Positions 1 to 11,347 of a stretch of 64,000 nucleotides of DNA are shown here, piece by piece (position 1 is the stretch's first letter; the number at the start of each line of letters is the position of its first letter). Both the position numbers and the translations under genes were made by a program. The notes under the pieces were generated by a model. That model did no database searches. It was not told where the DNA came from and saw only the letters and a program-made list of their open reading frames with translations. Source of the DNA: Vitrella brassicaformis CCMP3155 (taxonomy: Eukaryota; Protista; Chromerida); contig CDMY01000231.1 of NCBI GenBank assembly GCA_001179505.1, positions 95,562 through 159,561 on the forward strand, given 5' to 3'.

Positions 1-450
1 AGATGCTTGTCCAGAGCCACCTAGGTCAGCCCCTTGAGCGGAATAGCAGCTTCTTTCATGACACCCTTCGAGCCAAACCACTGTGTTGATCTAGACCATC
101 TCCACCGTATGGCCTAGGCAGAGCACAAGACAACCAACTGCAGCCTCCTCAGAAAACCACTAGGGTTTCAGGGTTCATGCACCTCGGGTTTTACGTCTCA
201 GGATTAGGGTCCGTCCCAGGTCCCCTCTCGAATCTAATTTCTCTCTCTGTCCCGGGGGCGGTCCCAGGGCCCTTCCGCAGTTCTCTCTGCGGGAGGTCGC
301 CTTTCCCAAATTCGTGTCGCACAATCCGCCGCTCCCGTCGCTGTTCTGGATCAGTCAAGCAGATCTTGGTCCTCGCCTGGTGAATCAAGACCAATTGATC
401 AAGACCCGCCGCTTTGCGCGACAGCCCTCGCAGCACAGCCACGTCACATC

Positions 451-1051
451 ATGCCATCCTATCCCTCCGTTGGGCAGCCTTCCACCGCTGCACCGGCGTA
501 CGATGCGCCCCAGACGACGCCGGTTGTTGCGACGCCGGTTGTTGTCGGCCAGCCGGTGGCGACGAGTGATCCCACGTATGCGCAGATGGTGCAGGACACG
601 ACAGACAAGCCCGAGGGTACCGGCGAGCCGCAGCATGTGCAGCCGCAGACGGTGCAGCCGCAGTTGGGTGGTGCTCATGTGATCAACGTGCCCGCGGTGG
701 TGGTGTACGATCCGCGACATGAAGATGACAGGTCGTGCATGCTCGGCTGTGCACAGGTGGGGAGGGAGGCAGGGACGGTGGGAGGGAGGGAGGAACAGGA
801 CAGGCAGACATTTCTTTCCCTTATGTGCAATATACATCAATGTTGTGTTATGGTGTGTTGTTGTCCATCAGGTGTCGTGCATGTTGTCGGTATTCTTCCC
901 CATTGTTGGGTGCATCGCTTTCTGTGCGAATCTGGACGCCAAGGAGGGGTCCGAGAGGTACAAGTGGGCCCGCCGCTGCCTCCTCGTGGCCATCGTCATG
1001 ATCGCACTGGCAATCCTTTGGCGGGTCATCGTGTACATGACCTTAAGCTAG
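451..1051 (+). CDS. Small membrane protein (about 161 aa): Pro/Val/Gln-rich N-terminus and two C-terminal hydrophobic segments; 2 exons
   Basis: Exon 451-756, GT..AG intron 757-871, exon 872-1051 join in phase 0: ...EDDRSCMLGCAQ|VSCMLSVFFPIVGCIAFC...LLVAIVMIALAILWRVIVYMTLS*. Confidence 0.8.
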
Positions 1052-3181
1052 ACAGACAGACAGACAGACAGTGGGTACCGGGCTGTCGAGGGCACAGCTT
1101 TAGTCATTTTCCTAGGTCCGTATATCGCATTCATCTGTGTCGGTTCTTTTCAGTGTCAATCAAGTGTTTCGTGCCTGTCCGTCCAGCGGCGGGACTCTTC
1201 CTGCCGGTTGTTGGACGGAGAGGGTGTTAAGCTGGCGGTCAGTGTATGTGTGTGTTGTATTTTGTGTCGATTTCAGCGTCAAGTGTATCTATCGTACCCA
1301 GATAGCTTGAGTGTCGTGTCTGTCTGTCCGGCTGCCTGCCTGTCTGTCTGGCTGGCTGGCTGCCTGTCTATCTATCTATCTATCTATCTATCTATTTATC
1401 TGTCTGCCTGTGTGTCTGTCCATGCACTGCGTTCGCCGGTTGGAAGCATGGCGGTGTGTGCAGTGCATGTCATGTGTGTATTGTACGTACGTACGTAAGT
1501 TGGCTGTTTTTGGTCACTGCGGCTGATGTAGCGCATCTCATTCGTGTGTGCCTCACTCTAGTCACGGGTGCGGCCTAGCTCGCGGCGCAGCTCCACAATT
1601 GCATGGTGCTGTGTCTGGGCGTCGGTGAGGCTATTTCTCGTGCTGACTTCACTGCCTTCGGCAAGTGAGTGCGTTGTGACTGTCTGTCCTTGTTGAGGGC
1701 TGGCCCGCTGTCTTGCAAGACCCAACACATTCATCTGTTCGTGTGTGTTTTTCGTGTCGAAGGCGCGTGTGTGGGTGAGGTGACTTACTGTGTGTGTGGC
1801 TGGTTCATCGATGCATGTGGCTGGCTTTGCGGACGAGGGTAGAGCCTTTGCAATGGATGTGTCTTCGGACGGTCTGCTTGTGCCCTCTTGCACGTTGGGT
1901 GTTGATGAGACTTGGTTTATTACAGAGGTCATTCATTCATTCATTGCAGATGGCGACCATCAACATAACATCCATGAGTCAACGATCCCGTGCCGACAGA
2001 CAGACAGGCAGGCAGCCCCACACGCACCCAAGGCAGTCAGTATCCATATATATCACTCTCTCCGTCACACGGCATTCCGTCACTGTGTGTCCGAATACAC
2101 CGACCGCATCACACACTCTTGTCTGCTGCCTCTCTGTCAGTTTGTTTGTCTCTCCACGTGTCACTCACTCTCTCCATTGCCGCATCTCTCGCGACAAAAC
2201 AAAAAGATTCCCCTTTCCGAACCGGTCGGTGTGGGCGCCCAGCCGGCCATGAATACATATAGCCGTATGCACCGCCACCGGCCAAAAAGGCGAAAAAAAA
2301 AGGGAAGCCATCTCATCACACACACGGAGCTAGGTCGTGGGCCATGGCAGGACGACCAGCTGCTCGATGGTACACATAAATACGCAGCATGCATATGCTC
2401 TCGCTCTCTGTGTTCAGTGCTTGTGCGTGGTAGCGAGCCACAGAAGAACGGGGCAGGCAGCCAAATCGACACAGACAGCCAGTTAGTTAGTTACACGCGC
2501 ACTCAGGCGGCCACTCTTTCGGCAACACAGACGGACAGACAGACAGACAGCGGCATTCCATTCATTCAAACCGACATGCACAGCAGATTGCATTCATGCC
2601 ATGAATGGAGTGGGTGTTTCTGTGTGCTGGTATGGTATATTCGTCTGTCTCTGTCTCTCTCACTTCCACTCAGTCAGTCAGCCATCCAGCCACTCGTACG
2701 CACACCCGACACCAATCAGCCAAGGGGCGGCCAAAAAGACGTCCCAATTCGTTAGTTAGTTAGTTAATTCTGCCCTCCTCGTGTACCCTTGCTCGAGGAG
2801 AGAGTGGCAGACACAACCGCCATTAAATGCGATGCTCGATATCGCAGCACAACAGACGGGACAGGCCGATCCTATTGCACACACACAGAGGCAGTCAGTT
2901 GACTAAGGGAGAGGGAGAGGGAGAAATGTGGTTAAGATATAGGAAGATGTGCTTGTTGTGTTCGGTGCGCTTATGCGTGGGAGTGAGAGCCTCGCTTGCT
3001 GACGAAGAAAAAGCCTCGCTCAGACCAGACTATCCTCATCTGACATTCCATGCAGCATCCATCCAGCAGCCAGCCCAGGCACAACACATCTGGGTCGGTC
3101 AATCTATGGCAGCCCCTCAGCCAGGCCATCCATCCATCCATCCATCCCCCAGCCAGTCCCCGTGTGTTGGCCTGTCTGTCT

Positions 3182-4216
3182 TCACTCTTGGTAGGTGGCC
3201 TTGGCAGCCGCCCCCCACAGGATCGCCCCCATCAGCCCGTCGCCGTATCCGGCGCGCACCGCGGCAATGCCCGTAGAGGCGCAGGGCAGCAGCCGGGTCT
3301 CGCGCCACTCGTGGGTGATGGCGCTGCCGATCATGACGGGCAGGTATCCCATGGACCGGTACTTGGCGTACTCGGCCGGCTCGACGGGTCCGGGCGGCGA
3401 CGGGCAGAGGTTGACCATCTCCAGCCCGTCGCCAGGCCGGCTGGAGAAGGCCTCGAGCTTGCGGGTGTGCGGGCCGCTCATGACCCAGCCGATGACCACG
3501 TGGCCGCCACACGCCAGGTGGGTGACGTAGATGAGGGTGCTCTCGTCGATACACGTCCCGCCCAGCCCGACGGTGGCTTCGGTAGTGCGGAAGAAGGCCT
3601 CGAATGGCACCATCTCGGGCGACACGACGGGAGGAGGGTCGTACGATGTGCAGTTGGTGACCTGTGTGAAAAACGGGATCATGGCGCCTGGTGTGGCGGG
3701 TTGAAAAGGGTCATACTCACCTTCTCGACAGGGTCATCGGCAGGTGGCACATGCACGGCGTCCAACGACTGAAGGCCATCCCCAAAACGTCCTGATGCGC
3801 ACAGCCACACAGACAACCACACATGGCTTCTTAGGTGGTGGGTGTGCTGTGTGTCGCATATGCGGGTGTACCAGTAGGTGTGGCGTCGGGCTTGATCTCT
3901 GGCGACGAGTCGTCCTTCGTCGAGGCCGCAGACAGAGTGCTGAAGACAACGAAAGGAACAGACGCCATGTGAGCCCATCGATGGGCACACCTCTCTTCCT
4001 GACAGTGCTTTGGCCGGGCGTACCTGACTTTGCGCTCGACTTTGCGCCACACCGTCCTCCCACGTCCACGGCGCTTCGTCAAAGAGCGTCCCTGAAGCAT
4101 GCAGTGTGTAACAGGCGATAGGCACAGCAATGCATCGGGACGGGCATGCATGTCCTCTGGCAGCCCCGAGTCCGTCTCCTCCTCACCTTGGCAGTCATCG
4201 CACTCACCAGCGGCAT
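3182..4216 (-). CDS. Hypothetical protein (about 240 aa), 5 exons
   Basis: In-phase splicing gives MPLVSAMTAK|GRSLTKRRGRGRTVWRKVERKVS|TLSAAS...PTG|RFGDGLQSLDAVHVPPADDPVEK|VTNCTSYDPPP...ATYQE*. The last exon is a GC-rich coding-like ORF. No family recognised. Confidence 0.65.
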
Positions 4217-4394
4217 CCCGTCAACAATAAGGGCGAAACAGAAGCAAAACAGAAGAGAACGGTCGAGTGAAGGAACGTGAGTAGCTTCAGTGGGTCAAGA
4301 GTTAAGAGCCAGGCCTGAGAAACAGCCTCAACACGTTCCAACGTGCCACTTTTAATTGACCTGGGCTAGGGTACGTGGCTTCCGTGTAGCTCTG

Positions 4395-4401
4395 GCGAGC
4401 T
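4395..4401. promoter_or_regulatory. Candidate promoter motif GCGAGCT in a divergent spacer
   Basis: Exact 7-mer shared with other divergent spacers. Confidence 0.4.
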
Positions 4402-4440
4402 GCGGGCGCATTCGACGTGAGAAGTAAGGATCACAAGGAA

Positions 4441-5923
4441 ATGGGTGCTAATGTGAGCAGAAGAAGCAACGACGAGGACTGGCCATCGATCCGTGGCCAG
4501 CAGCCGGACTTCATTCATCGAGAAGAGCGGGACAGGCTACACAAGCTCAAGGACTTGGGCGTCCTCAGATCCACCGCCCTCTTCCTATCGCATGTCGACT
4601 TCGAGACCGACGTGCTGCGCCACCGCCTCACCCGCGCTCTGCACGACACGACACTCGCTGACGGGACGCGGCTGGACACGGTGCTGACGTTCGATGATGC
4701 GCAGCTGGAGGACCAGCTGCTGCTCCAGGTACACATTTGAGAGGAGGAAAGAGGCGAGTTCATTCATGGGTCCATTGACGTGTCGGTCCATCTACCAGGC
4801 CATGTACTTGGTTGAGGATCAGAGTTGGGACGAGGTGGCCGACGCACTGCGGCTGGCGAGCCAGCTCAGCTACTGTGAGCTGCCCGTCAACATCACACAG
4901 CAAGATCTCGAGAAGCACCATAGCAAAGAGGTGAGCATGATGGGTAGGTAAACGGCGATGGGGTCGGTGAGGGCCGGCCTTCATCTGTCCATTTGTTCTG
5001 ATATGTGTCAGACATATTTGGCTGACCCTCGTGTCGTGGCGTTGTGGAAGATGGTCGGGCGGCACGTCAACTTTGGTGGCGAGTTGGGGCGTTTCGAGTT
5101 GTTCACTCACGGCAATGGCGCGCTGCGGGCCATCAAGGAGGAGGAGGACTTCACCGTCGATCTGACTCCCCTTTCCCCACACCATCAGTTCCAGCAACAC
5201 GCCAACCCCCAGGACCCTCCCACCCGTCACCGCATCTATGTCGATGGCAACGGCAACTGGGAGGCGGGGGCTCATGGCCTATTCACCGACGACTCGTTCT
5301 CGACGCTTCTCATGGGAATCATTCTCGTGCCGACCTTTGGCGACATGAGGAGGACCACTAAAGTCGTCTCCCGGTCAGTCAGTCAGTCAGTTAGTCGAGA
5401 TGGGGCTATTCTGTTGTGTCATGTACTCTCCGTGATTGACCTATGTGTGTGTGTGTGTGCGTGTCTGCAGCGATGCTCGCGGCGGCGTGTTGGCGCATCT
5501 GCTCAATCAGCCGCCCAATCAGGCGGCGGGAGGGACCACGTCCGTCCTGACGTACACCCACGACGACACACCCATGAAGCTCCTGCTGGTGACGCCCTTC
5601 GACTGCCCATTTATCGCATTCGTCATCATCACTGCATTCGCCCCTCCAAATGGTATCACTGCATTCGCCCCTCAAAATGGTATGTTCCACGATTGTGGTT
5701 AGCCCAGACAGACATACACACCTCTTTTCTCATGTCATGTGTCCCGTCTTGTCTGTCTGTAGTGCAAGTGTCGGTGTCTACGACCGAGACGCCTGCAGCG
5801 GGGGTGGCTGAGAATGCGCCCTTCAAGCAACGCTTCCCCCGCACCACCGCCCTGGCGCGCCCCGTCCTAGGTCCCATAGCGCCCATCGTATTCGACGGAG
5901 AAGACCCCAACCAGGATGCTTGA
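4441..5923 (+). CDS. Lineage-specific family protein, paralogue A (about 340 aa), 5 exons
   Basis: Introns 4729-4798, 4931-5011, 5374-5470 and 5680-5762 give a continuous frame. Strong similarity to the gene at 6326-11304 (DGTRLD, WDEV.DALR, GRHV..GGELGR.ELF, APFK.RFP.TTA.AR.VLGPIA). Confidence 0.8.
5628..5681. repeat. 27-bp tandem duplication spanning an exon/intron junction
   Basis: atcactgcattcgcccctccaaatggt followed by atcactgcattcgcccctcaaaatggt (1 mismatch). Confidence 0.95.
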
Positions 5924-6325
5924 TGGTGCCTTGCCTGGTCTTACAGATGGCTGGTTGTCTGCGTGTCTGGTTGTGCGTCTGTCTGCCCCGAGGCTGCCTG
6001 TGTGTGTTGTTGATACTTGGTTAGACGTGTGGATGGGACTCCCTGCGTGCTTCGTGACGTCTATGTACATCTTTTGCTGCTGGACGAGAAAATTCTTTTG
6101 TTGCGCCCTCATGCAATGCAATGCAATGCATCCATATGGATGGATGCACACAAGATGATGAGATGATCAACCGGCTGTCTCACCCATCACGCGCCACAGC
6201 CTCCCACCACCCGCTGCTGCTGCACACGGAAAAGATGGATGGACACATAGACGATGGGCTGCGCTGCCCACTAGATCGTCCTCTCTATCTTCCTTCGTCT
6301 CTGCTGGTGTGCCGCCCGCGTCGAT

Positions 6326-9300
6326 TCACGCACCAACAACTGCCGCACCCTGCCCGGCACCACCACCTGAACCTGAGACATACACAGACAGGCATGCATA
6401 CATCGACCATGTCCAGTTACCATACCCACACCGATCTGAATCACCTGTGCCATGGCTATCGTCTCCATCGTCATCTTCATCCTCTTCAGGGTCCTCGTCG
6501 TCGAAAATGATGGCAGCGATGGGTCCCAGCACCCGGCGCGCCCTGGCGGTGGTCAGGGGGAAGCGCCGCTTGAAGGGCGCATCCCCGCCCACACCAGCGA
6601 CGGCCCTCTCAGAAGTGCACACCTCGATACAAACTGCAGTCAAACAAGGCCAATCAGGATCAACCGTCTCATTGCTGTGTCCGTCGGTCCGTCCGCCTAT
6701 GTGTGCGCACCATATTCATCGTCATAGACTGACAGGCTGATCCACGCCATGAAGTCGTCGGTGTAGGACGTGAGCACCAGCACCCGCTCCTGGTAGCCCT
6801 CCGGCTCCACACCTTCATAATCATCGTCACCCTCTTCGTCGCCCTCGCTATCCTCTTCGCTATCCTCTTGGCTCCCACTGTCGTCCGACTCTTGGTCGGA
6901 CTCCTCGCCCATCGCGTCTGGGTGGCGCATGGGACGGTCGACGATCGGCGCGGGCTGGGGTCGCCCTTCATCTTGGTCAATATCGAGGCCAAGGACGACC
7001 TCCGGGGGTAGCTCTGCCTCGAGGCTCTCACGGAAGGTATCCACCTCTTCATCGATGGCGTCTGCCCGCCCGTGTGTGTATGGATGGGGGCGGCTGGGGA
7101 AGGGTGGAGGGGGAGCCGGATGGTCTGAGTCGAGGCCAAGGACAACTTCTGGTGGAAGGGCCGCCTCGAGGCTCTCGCGGAAGGCGTCAGCATTATCATC
7201 CTCGACGGGCGTACTGACTACGTCTTGGTGGAGGGGCGTGGCGGGCCTCGGCAGGATCGCTCGGCCCATCCGCTGCATGCCTTGGCCCTCCTCCAAGCCG
7301 GGAGCGAGTGCGATTCGATCGCGCAGCAACGCTGTACGACACATGTAGGAACAATACACACACACAAGTAGTGTGTGGACCCATTCAGAAGTGTCGCTCG
7401 CTTGCTGCCGCTTACCGATGTCATTCGACAGAATGTCCTCGGCCGCCCTGCTGTCGGCGATCTGTGCGGTGATGCTCTGAATCCGATGGTCAATGTAGTC
7501 CCTCTGCGCCCGCAGGTCGCTGAGCTCCGTCAGCATCGCCGGCAGCAGCTGCTCGATGCGACCCAGACGAGTGCGCTTGTCCTCCAACTCGTGCTGCATC
7601 CTCGCGATGAGCGTGTGGCTGGTACTCATCTCGATGTTGCAGTGGCGCACTGGTGCGTCCAGCCCTCCTTCTGAGTCGTCATCGGAGCTGTGATCGGCTG
7701 CAGGTGGGTTGGGATCGTCGCCCATGTGGCTGCTGTCGGCCAGCTGCAAGCTCCTCTCCCCGCCACCGGCACACGCCCTCGACTGGTCCTGGAAATCCTG
7801 AACACACACACACACACAACACAGGTAGGTGATGAGATGGGTGTGGCGTAGTCGCTGTGTGGCCACTCCTGCCGCGACTCGCTCACCCACCCAGCCGCGC
7901 ACCAGTATGAGCATTTTGTTGATGATGAGTTTGATGAGGCCGAGGAGGACCTTCCTGGCCTCCACGTTGGGGCTGTCGAAGGGCACCTCGTTCTTGCCCA
8001 CCCAGCCCTCCCCTTTGTTCTTGAGAGCGTCCACCGCCCATGCCTCGACCTCCTTGCGGCTGCTCTCCTCGTCCGCTGCAGCAGTCGTGTTGCCCGTCGC
8101 CCGCATGAACATGTCCAGGCTGTCTCCACTCAGGCAGTGGATGGCACCGCGGAGGTGGGCATCGACGATGCGGTTCCAGTTCTGCTCGGCCCGCTCTCGC
8201 GCCTCCCTGATGCGCACCCCCATGAAAGACGTAGCGGCCTGGATGGCCACGTCCATCTCGCAGTGTTGGTCGGTGATATGGTCCGCTGCCTCCTGACAGA
8301 TGATCTTGATGAGCTCGCTGTCCTCCTGCTCGACCATGATGCGGTCCATCAGCTGCCGGAGGTCCTCAGTGTACTGCCGCCCTTCCTCACTGGCCGCCTG
8401 CTCCTTCTGACTCGTCTTGGTCTCCTTGCCCTCACCATCGCGACCCCTGCCGCCTGCAGACGACGACGCGCCACTGTCGCTGCCGCTTTTGCTGCTATCG
8501 TTGAGTTTGTTGTGGTAGTTGGCAATGAACCTTTTGACGTGGCCGTGGAGCTGAATCTGCTGGTTCTGCATCCGCTCGGTGCGCAGACGGTCGTTGAGTG
8601 CCTGAGGGTGGAAGCGGCGCATGGAGGCCTCCACTCTAATGCACTGCCGGATCCGCCGTGCATCTTCAGCGTCGTCCTCAGATTCGCTGACGGCATTACC
8701 CTCCAGGGGACGGAACTGGAAGCCGCGGCTGTCATCGTCGGCACTGTCGCTCTCCGCCGCTTCATGCGCCTCGTCGTTGTTGTCGTCATGAGGCAAAAGA
8801 GGGTGATCCACTTGGCGACAGGAGGGACCATTGTCCGGCAGTGCACCATCAGTACCAGTGCCGACACTCGACCCACTGCCCCCAGAGCTGCCTGTTGCAA
8901 CTTGATGGGCGTCGAGATCGGGTGGTAGGGGCGGGTGGATGGCGGGAGAGACGGTAGGGGACACACGAGAGGACCTCGGCCTGTCGTCAGACGGCTCGCC
9001 ACGACCCTCACGCTGACCCACGCCCCTCTCAGGATGGCCGCCCGAGGGTGAGCGAGGAGGGTGGAGCTGCGATGGACGCCCTGTGGCAGGGATGGCGATG
9101 TCCTCGGTGGACGTCCCCTGCGCCGGCTTGCTCTTGCCCTCACCACCCATGGGGGCCTTGCCGTTGCCTCGGGTGGACGTGCACCGCGCGATGATGCCCA
9201 CTGCAGCAGCCCTGTCGCTTCGCTGCCCTCGATGCCATCGCGACATGTAGTCGTCTGGGTCGCTGTCAAGCTCCTCACCTCCAGATGCCTCCAGCCCGCG

Positions 9301-10810
9301 GTTGGGCTGCTGCTGGTCGCTGCGAGTCGCTGGTCGCACCATGTCGTTGGCCCTGGCCAAGATGCCTAGCAGATTCGACGCGAGCACCTTGTTCTTGAGT
9401 GCGGACGATGCCGCAGGGCTGATTTCGTCGGCCTGGTTGCCCATTGCAGCAGCCCTGTCGCTTCGCTGCCCTCGATGCCATCTCGACGTGTAGTCGTCTG
9501 GGTCGCTGTCGAGCTCCTCACCTCCAGATGCCTCCAGCCGGTTGGGCTGCTGCTGGTCGCTGGTGCCCTGTGGCTGCGGGGCGGGGAAGGTGTGTGGTGG
9601 GGCCCCCACGTCTTGGCGTGGGAGGTGCGGCAGCTCTCCGCTGTCCCTCTCCGCTTCCCTCGATCGACCGACGTCCTTATGGCCCTGATGGTGGTCGACC
9701 GACCGCTGCCGCACATCCGTGTCGAGGTGACGGGCCTCATGCATGTGGGGTATGTCGTCACTGTCGGTGCTCTCTGAATCGATACTAGACACGTCGTCCA
9801 GCAACGCCAGCCATCGCTGACCAACCTCCGGGCTATCAGACTCACGTCGGCCCTCGATCGCCCTGCCTGGACAACAAACACAGCACACGACACATCACAA
9901 CACACTCGCAGTGAGCACAGCTGGCGATGGATGCTTCGTACACGTGTATGTCTGTCGATCACCTTGCGAAGGATCGTGAGATGAAGGCGCGCCGACGGGA
10001 GGGCGTCCCACGCCGCCCGGGCTCTCATCCACGGGCTGTGTCGGCTCCGTCGGGCCGCCACCGTTCACGCCAGCCGCACCAGCAGCCGCAGCAGCAGCAC
10101 ACTGACTGCCGGACGCTGCCCGCATTTGGTGAGTCAATTGCGCTTCCAGCCGACCCTTCACCTCGTTGAGGTAGTCGGAGTGCAGCTCGCCGCTGGCCAC
10201 TTCGAGGGGCTTGGAGGCCTCCTCTTCGCCTGCATCATCGTCAGACGACTTGTCGTCGTCCACCAGGCACTCCCAGGCCATGACAGTGCAGCCCTCCACT
10301 GGCTGGCGGGGAGGCCGGGTGAAGGTGCGATTGATCCAGCCACCCCGAACATGCCTGAAAGTAGAAAACACAAGGGGACTGACTGAAAAAGTCAGTCAAA
10401 GTGGCTGGGCTGAGGTGGGTCGAACGGTCGCTTACAAGATGTAGTCTTCATACTCGCATTTGGTCATCATGTCTTCGCGAGGGCACATGATGGTCGTCTT
10501 GATAAAGGTCGAGAAGGACAACTCCACCACCGACCTCTGACCCGTCATCCCCACCCAACTCCTGCTCTCGTCATCATAGCTCAATCCGTGACGGAGCGGC
10601 GGGTCTTCTGGGTCGACATGTGGCTGGAAGCGGTGGGCTGGGGGGAGGGACAGCTTGATGGCGAAGGCCGGCTCGTCCTTCAGCATGCGCAGCTCGCCAC
10701 CCGGCCGCTCAAACAGCTCCAGTCGCCCCAGCTCGCCACCCAAGTCTACGTGCCGACCAACCATCAGCCACTGAGCTACCACACGTGGCCTGGACAAATA
10801 TGCCTGACAC

Positions 10811-10841
<31 letters not shown>

Positions 10842-11304
10842 GAGAGATGCACGGCCCCATCCTCCCAGCTCCCCCATCGCCCATGCGCACCTGTTTGCTC
10901 CGGTGCTTCTGCAGGTCTTGCTGTGTGATCATCACTGGCAGCTCACAGAAGCCGCTCTGGTGACCGAATCTCAGTGCGTCCCCCACCTCATCCCATCTCT
11001 GGTGCTCCACCAGCCAAAGGGACTGCAACAGCAACCGGTCCCCAAGCTGCTGGTCGTCGAATGACAGAATGGCATCCAATCGAGTGCCGTCTGCAAGTTT
11101 TGCATGACTAAGGGAGTGGGCAAGGCGGCTGCGCAGCACGGCTGCCGGGAAATCGATGGCTGAGGCGAAAAGGGCTGCTGATCTGAGAGTGCCGAGGTCT
11201 TTCAGGGTATGGAAGCGGTGTCGGCTGTCCCTATGGATGAAATCTATCTCATGGCCGTCCTTGTGTGGCGGGTCCGTGCTCTTGCTGCTGATGGTCCCTC
11301 CCAT
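6326..11304 (-). CDS. Lineage-specific family protein, paralogue B, with a large internal insertion (about 1,450 aa in total)
   Basis: MGGTISSK... at 11304. The donor after ...EDYIL splices in frame into HVRGGWINR..., then GRAIEGRRES... (1063-aa ORF with in-frame introns 7798-7902 and 7332-7415), then VCIEVCTSE...APFKRRFPLTTARARRVLGPIAAIIFD, and ends at TGA 6326. Confidence 0.7.
6983..7184. repeat. Diverged 55-bp direct repeat (6983-7037 and 7130-7184) encoding FRESLEA.LPPEVVLGLD
   Basis: Visible at both DNA and protein level in the minus-strand ORF. Confidence 0.85.
9202..9562. repeat. Direct repeat of about 120 bp (9202-9322 and 9445-9562), near-identical, coding
   Basis: Both copies encode SDQQQPNR(G)LEASGGEELDSDPDDY.SRWHRGQRSDRAAA. 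They differ by a few substitutions and a 3-bp indel. Confidence 0.95.
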
Positions 11305-11347
11305 GTTTCCAGATGGCTCAGTCAGGGGACCATCCGTGACCCCTACT

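Noticed and set aside
161-210. Telomere-like hexa/heptamers as a chromosome end or interstitial telomere array
   Set aside because: Only 2-3 degenerate units. Too short for an array; kept only as a possible telo-box.
191-442. 83-aa minus-strand ORF with GPGT repeats and a small hairpin at about 271-298
   Set aside because: GTG start, no splice or homology support, and the hairpin is short and GC-rich, so it is likely chance.
1558-1932. 124-aa minus-strand ORF
   Set aside because: Runs through intron-like microsatellites with no recognisable motifs; support is too weak to call.
1790-2755. 321-aa plus-strand ORF
   Set aside because: Non-ATG start, composed largely of translated microsatellites (QTDRQ, SLSLSL), with no coding-like composition.
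9202-9562. Direct repeats as CRISPR or LTR/transposon termini
   Set aside because: Only two copies, in frame within a coding exon; no spacers, TSDs, TG..CA ends or transposase/RT nearby.
6697-9888. 1063-aa ORF as a retroelement or viral polyprotein
   Set aside because: No RT, integrase, protease, gag zinc-knuckle or capsid motif seen; it has spliceosomal introns and joins the flanking family exons.
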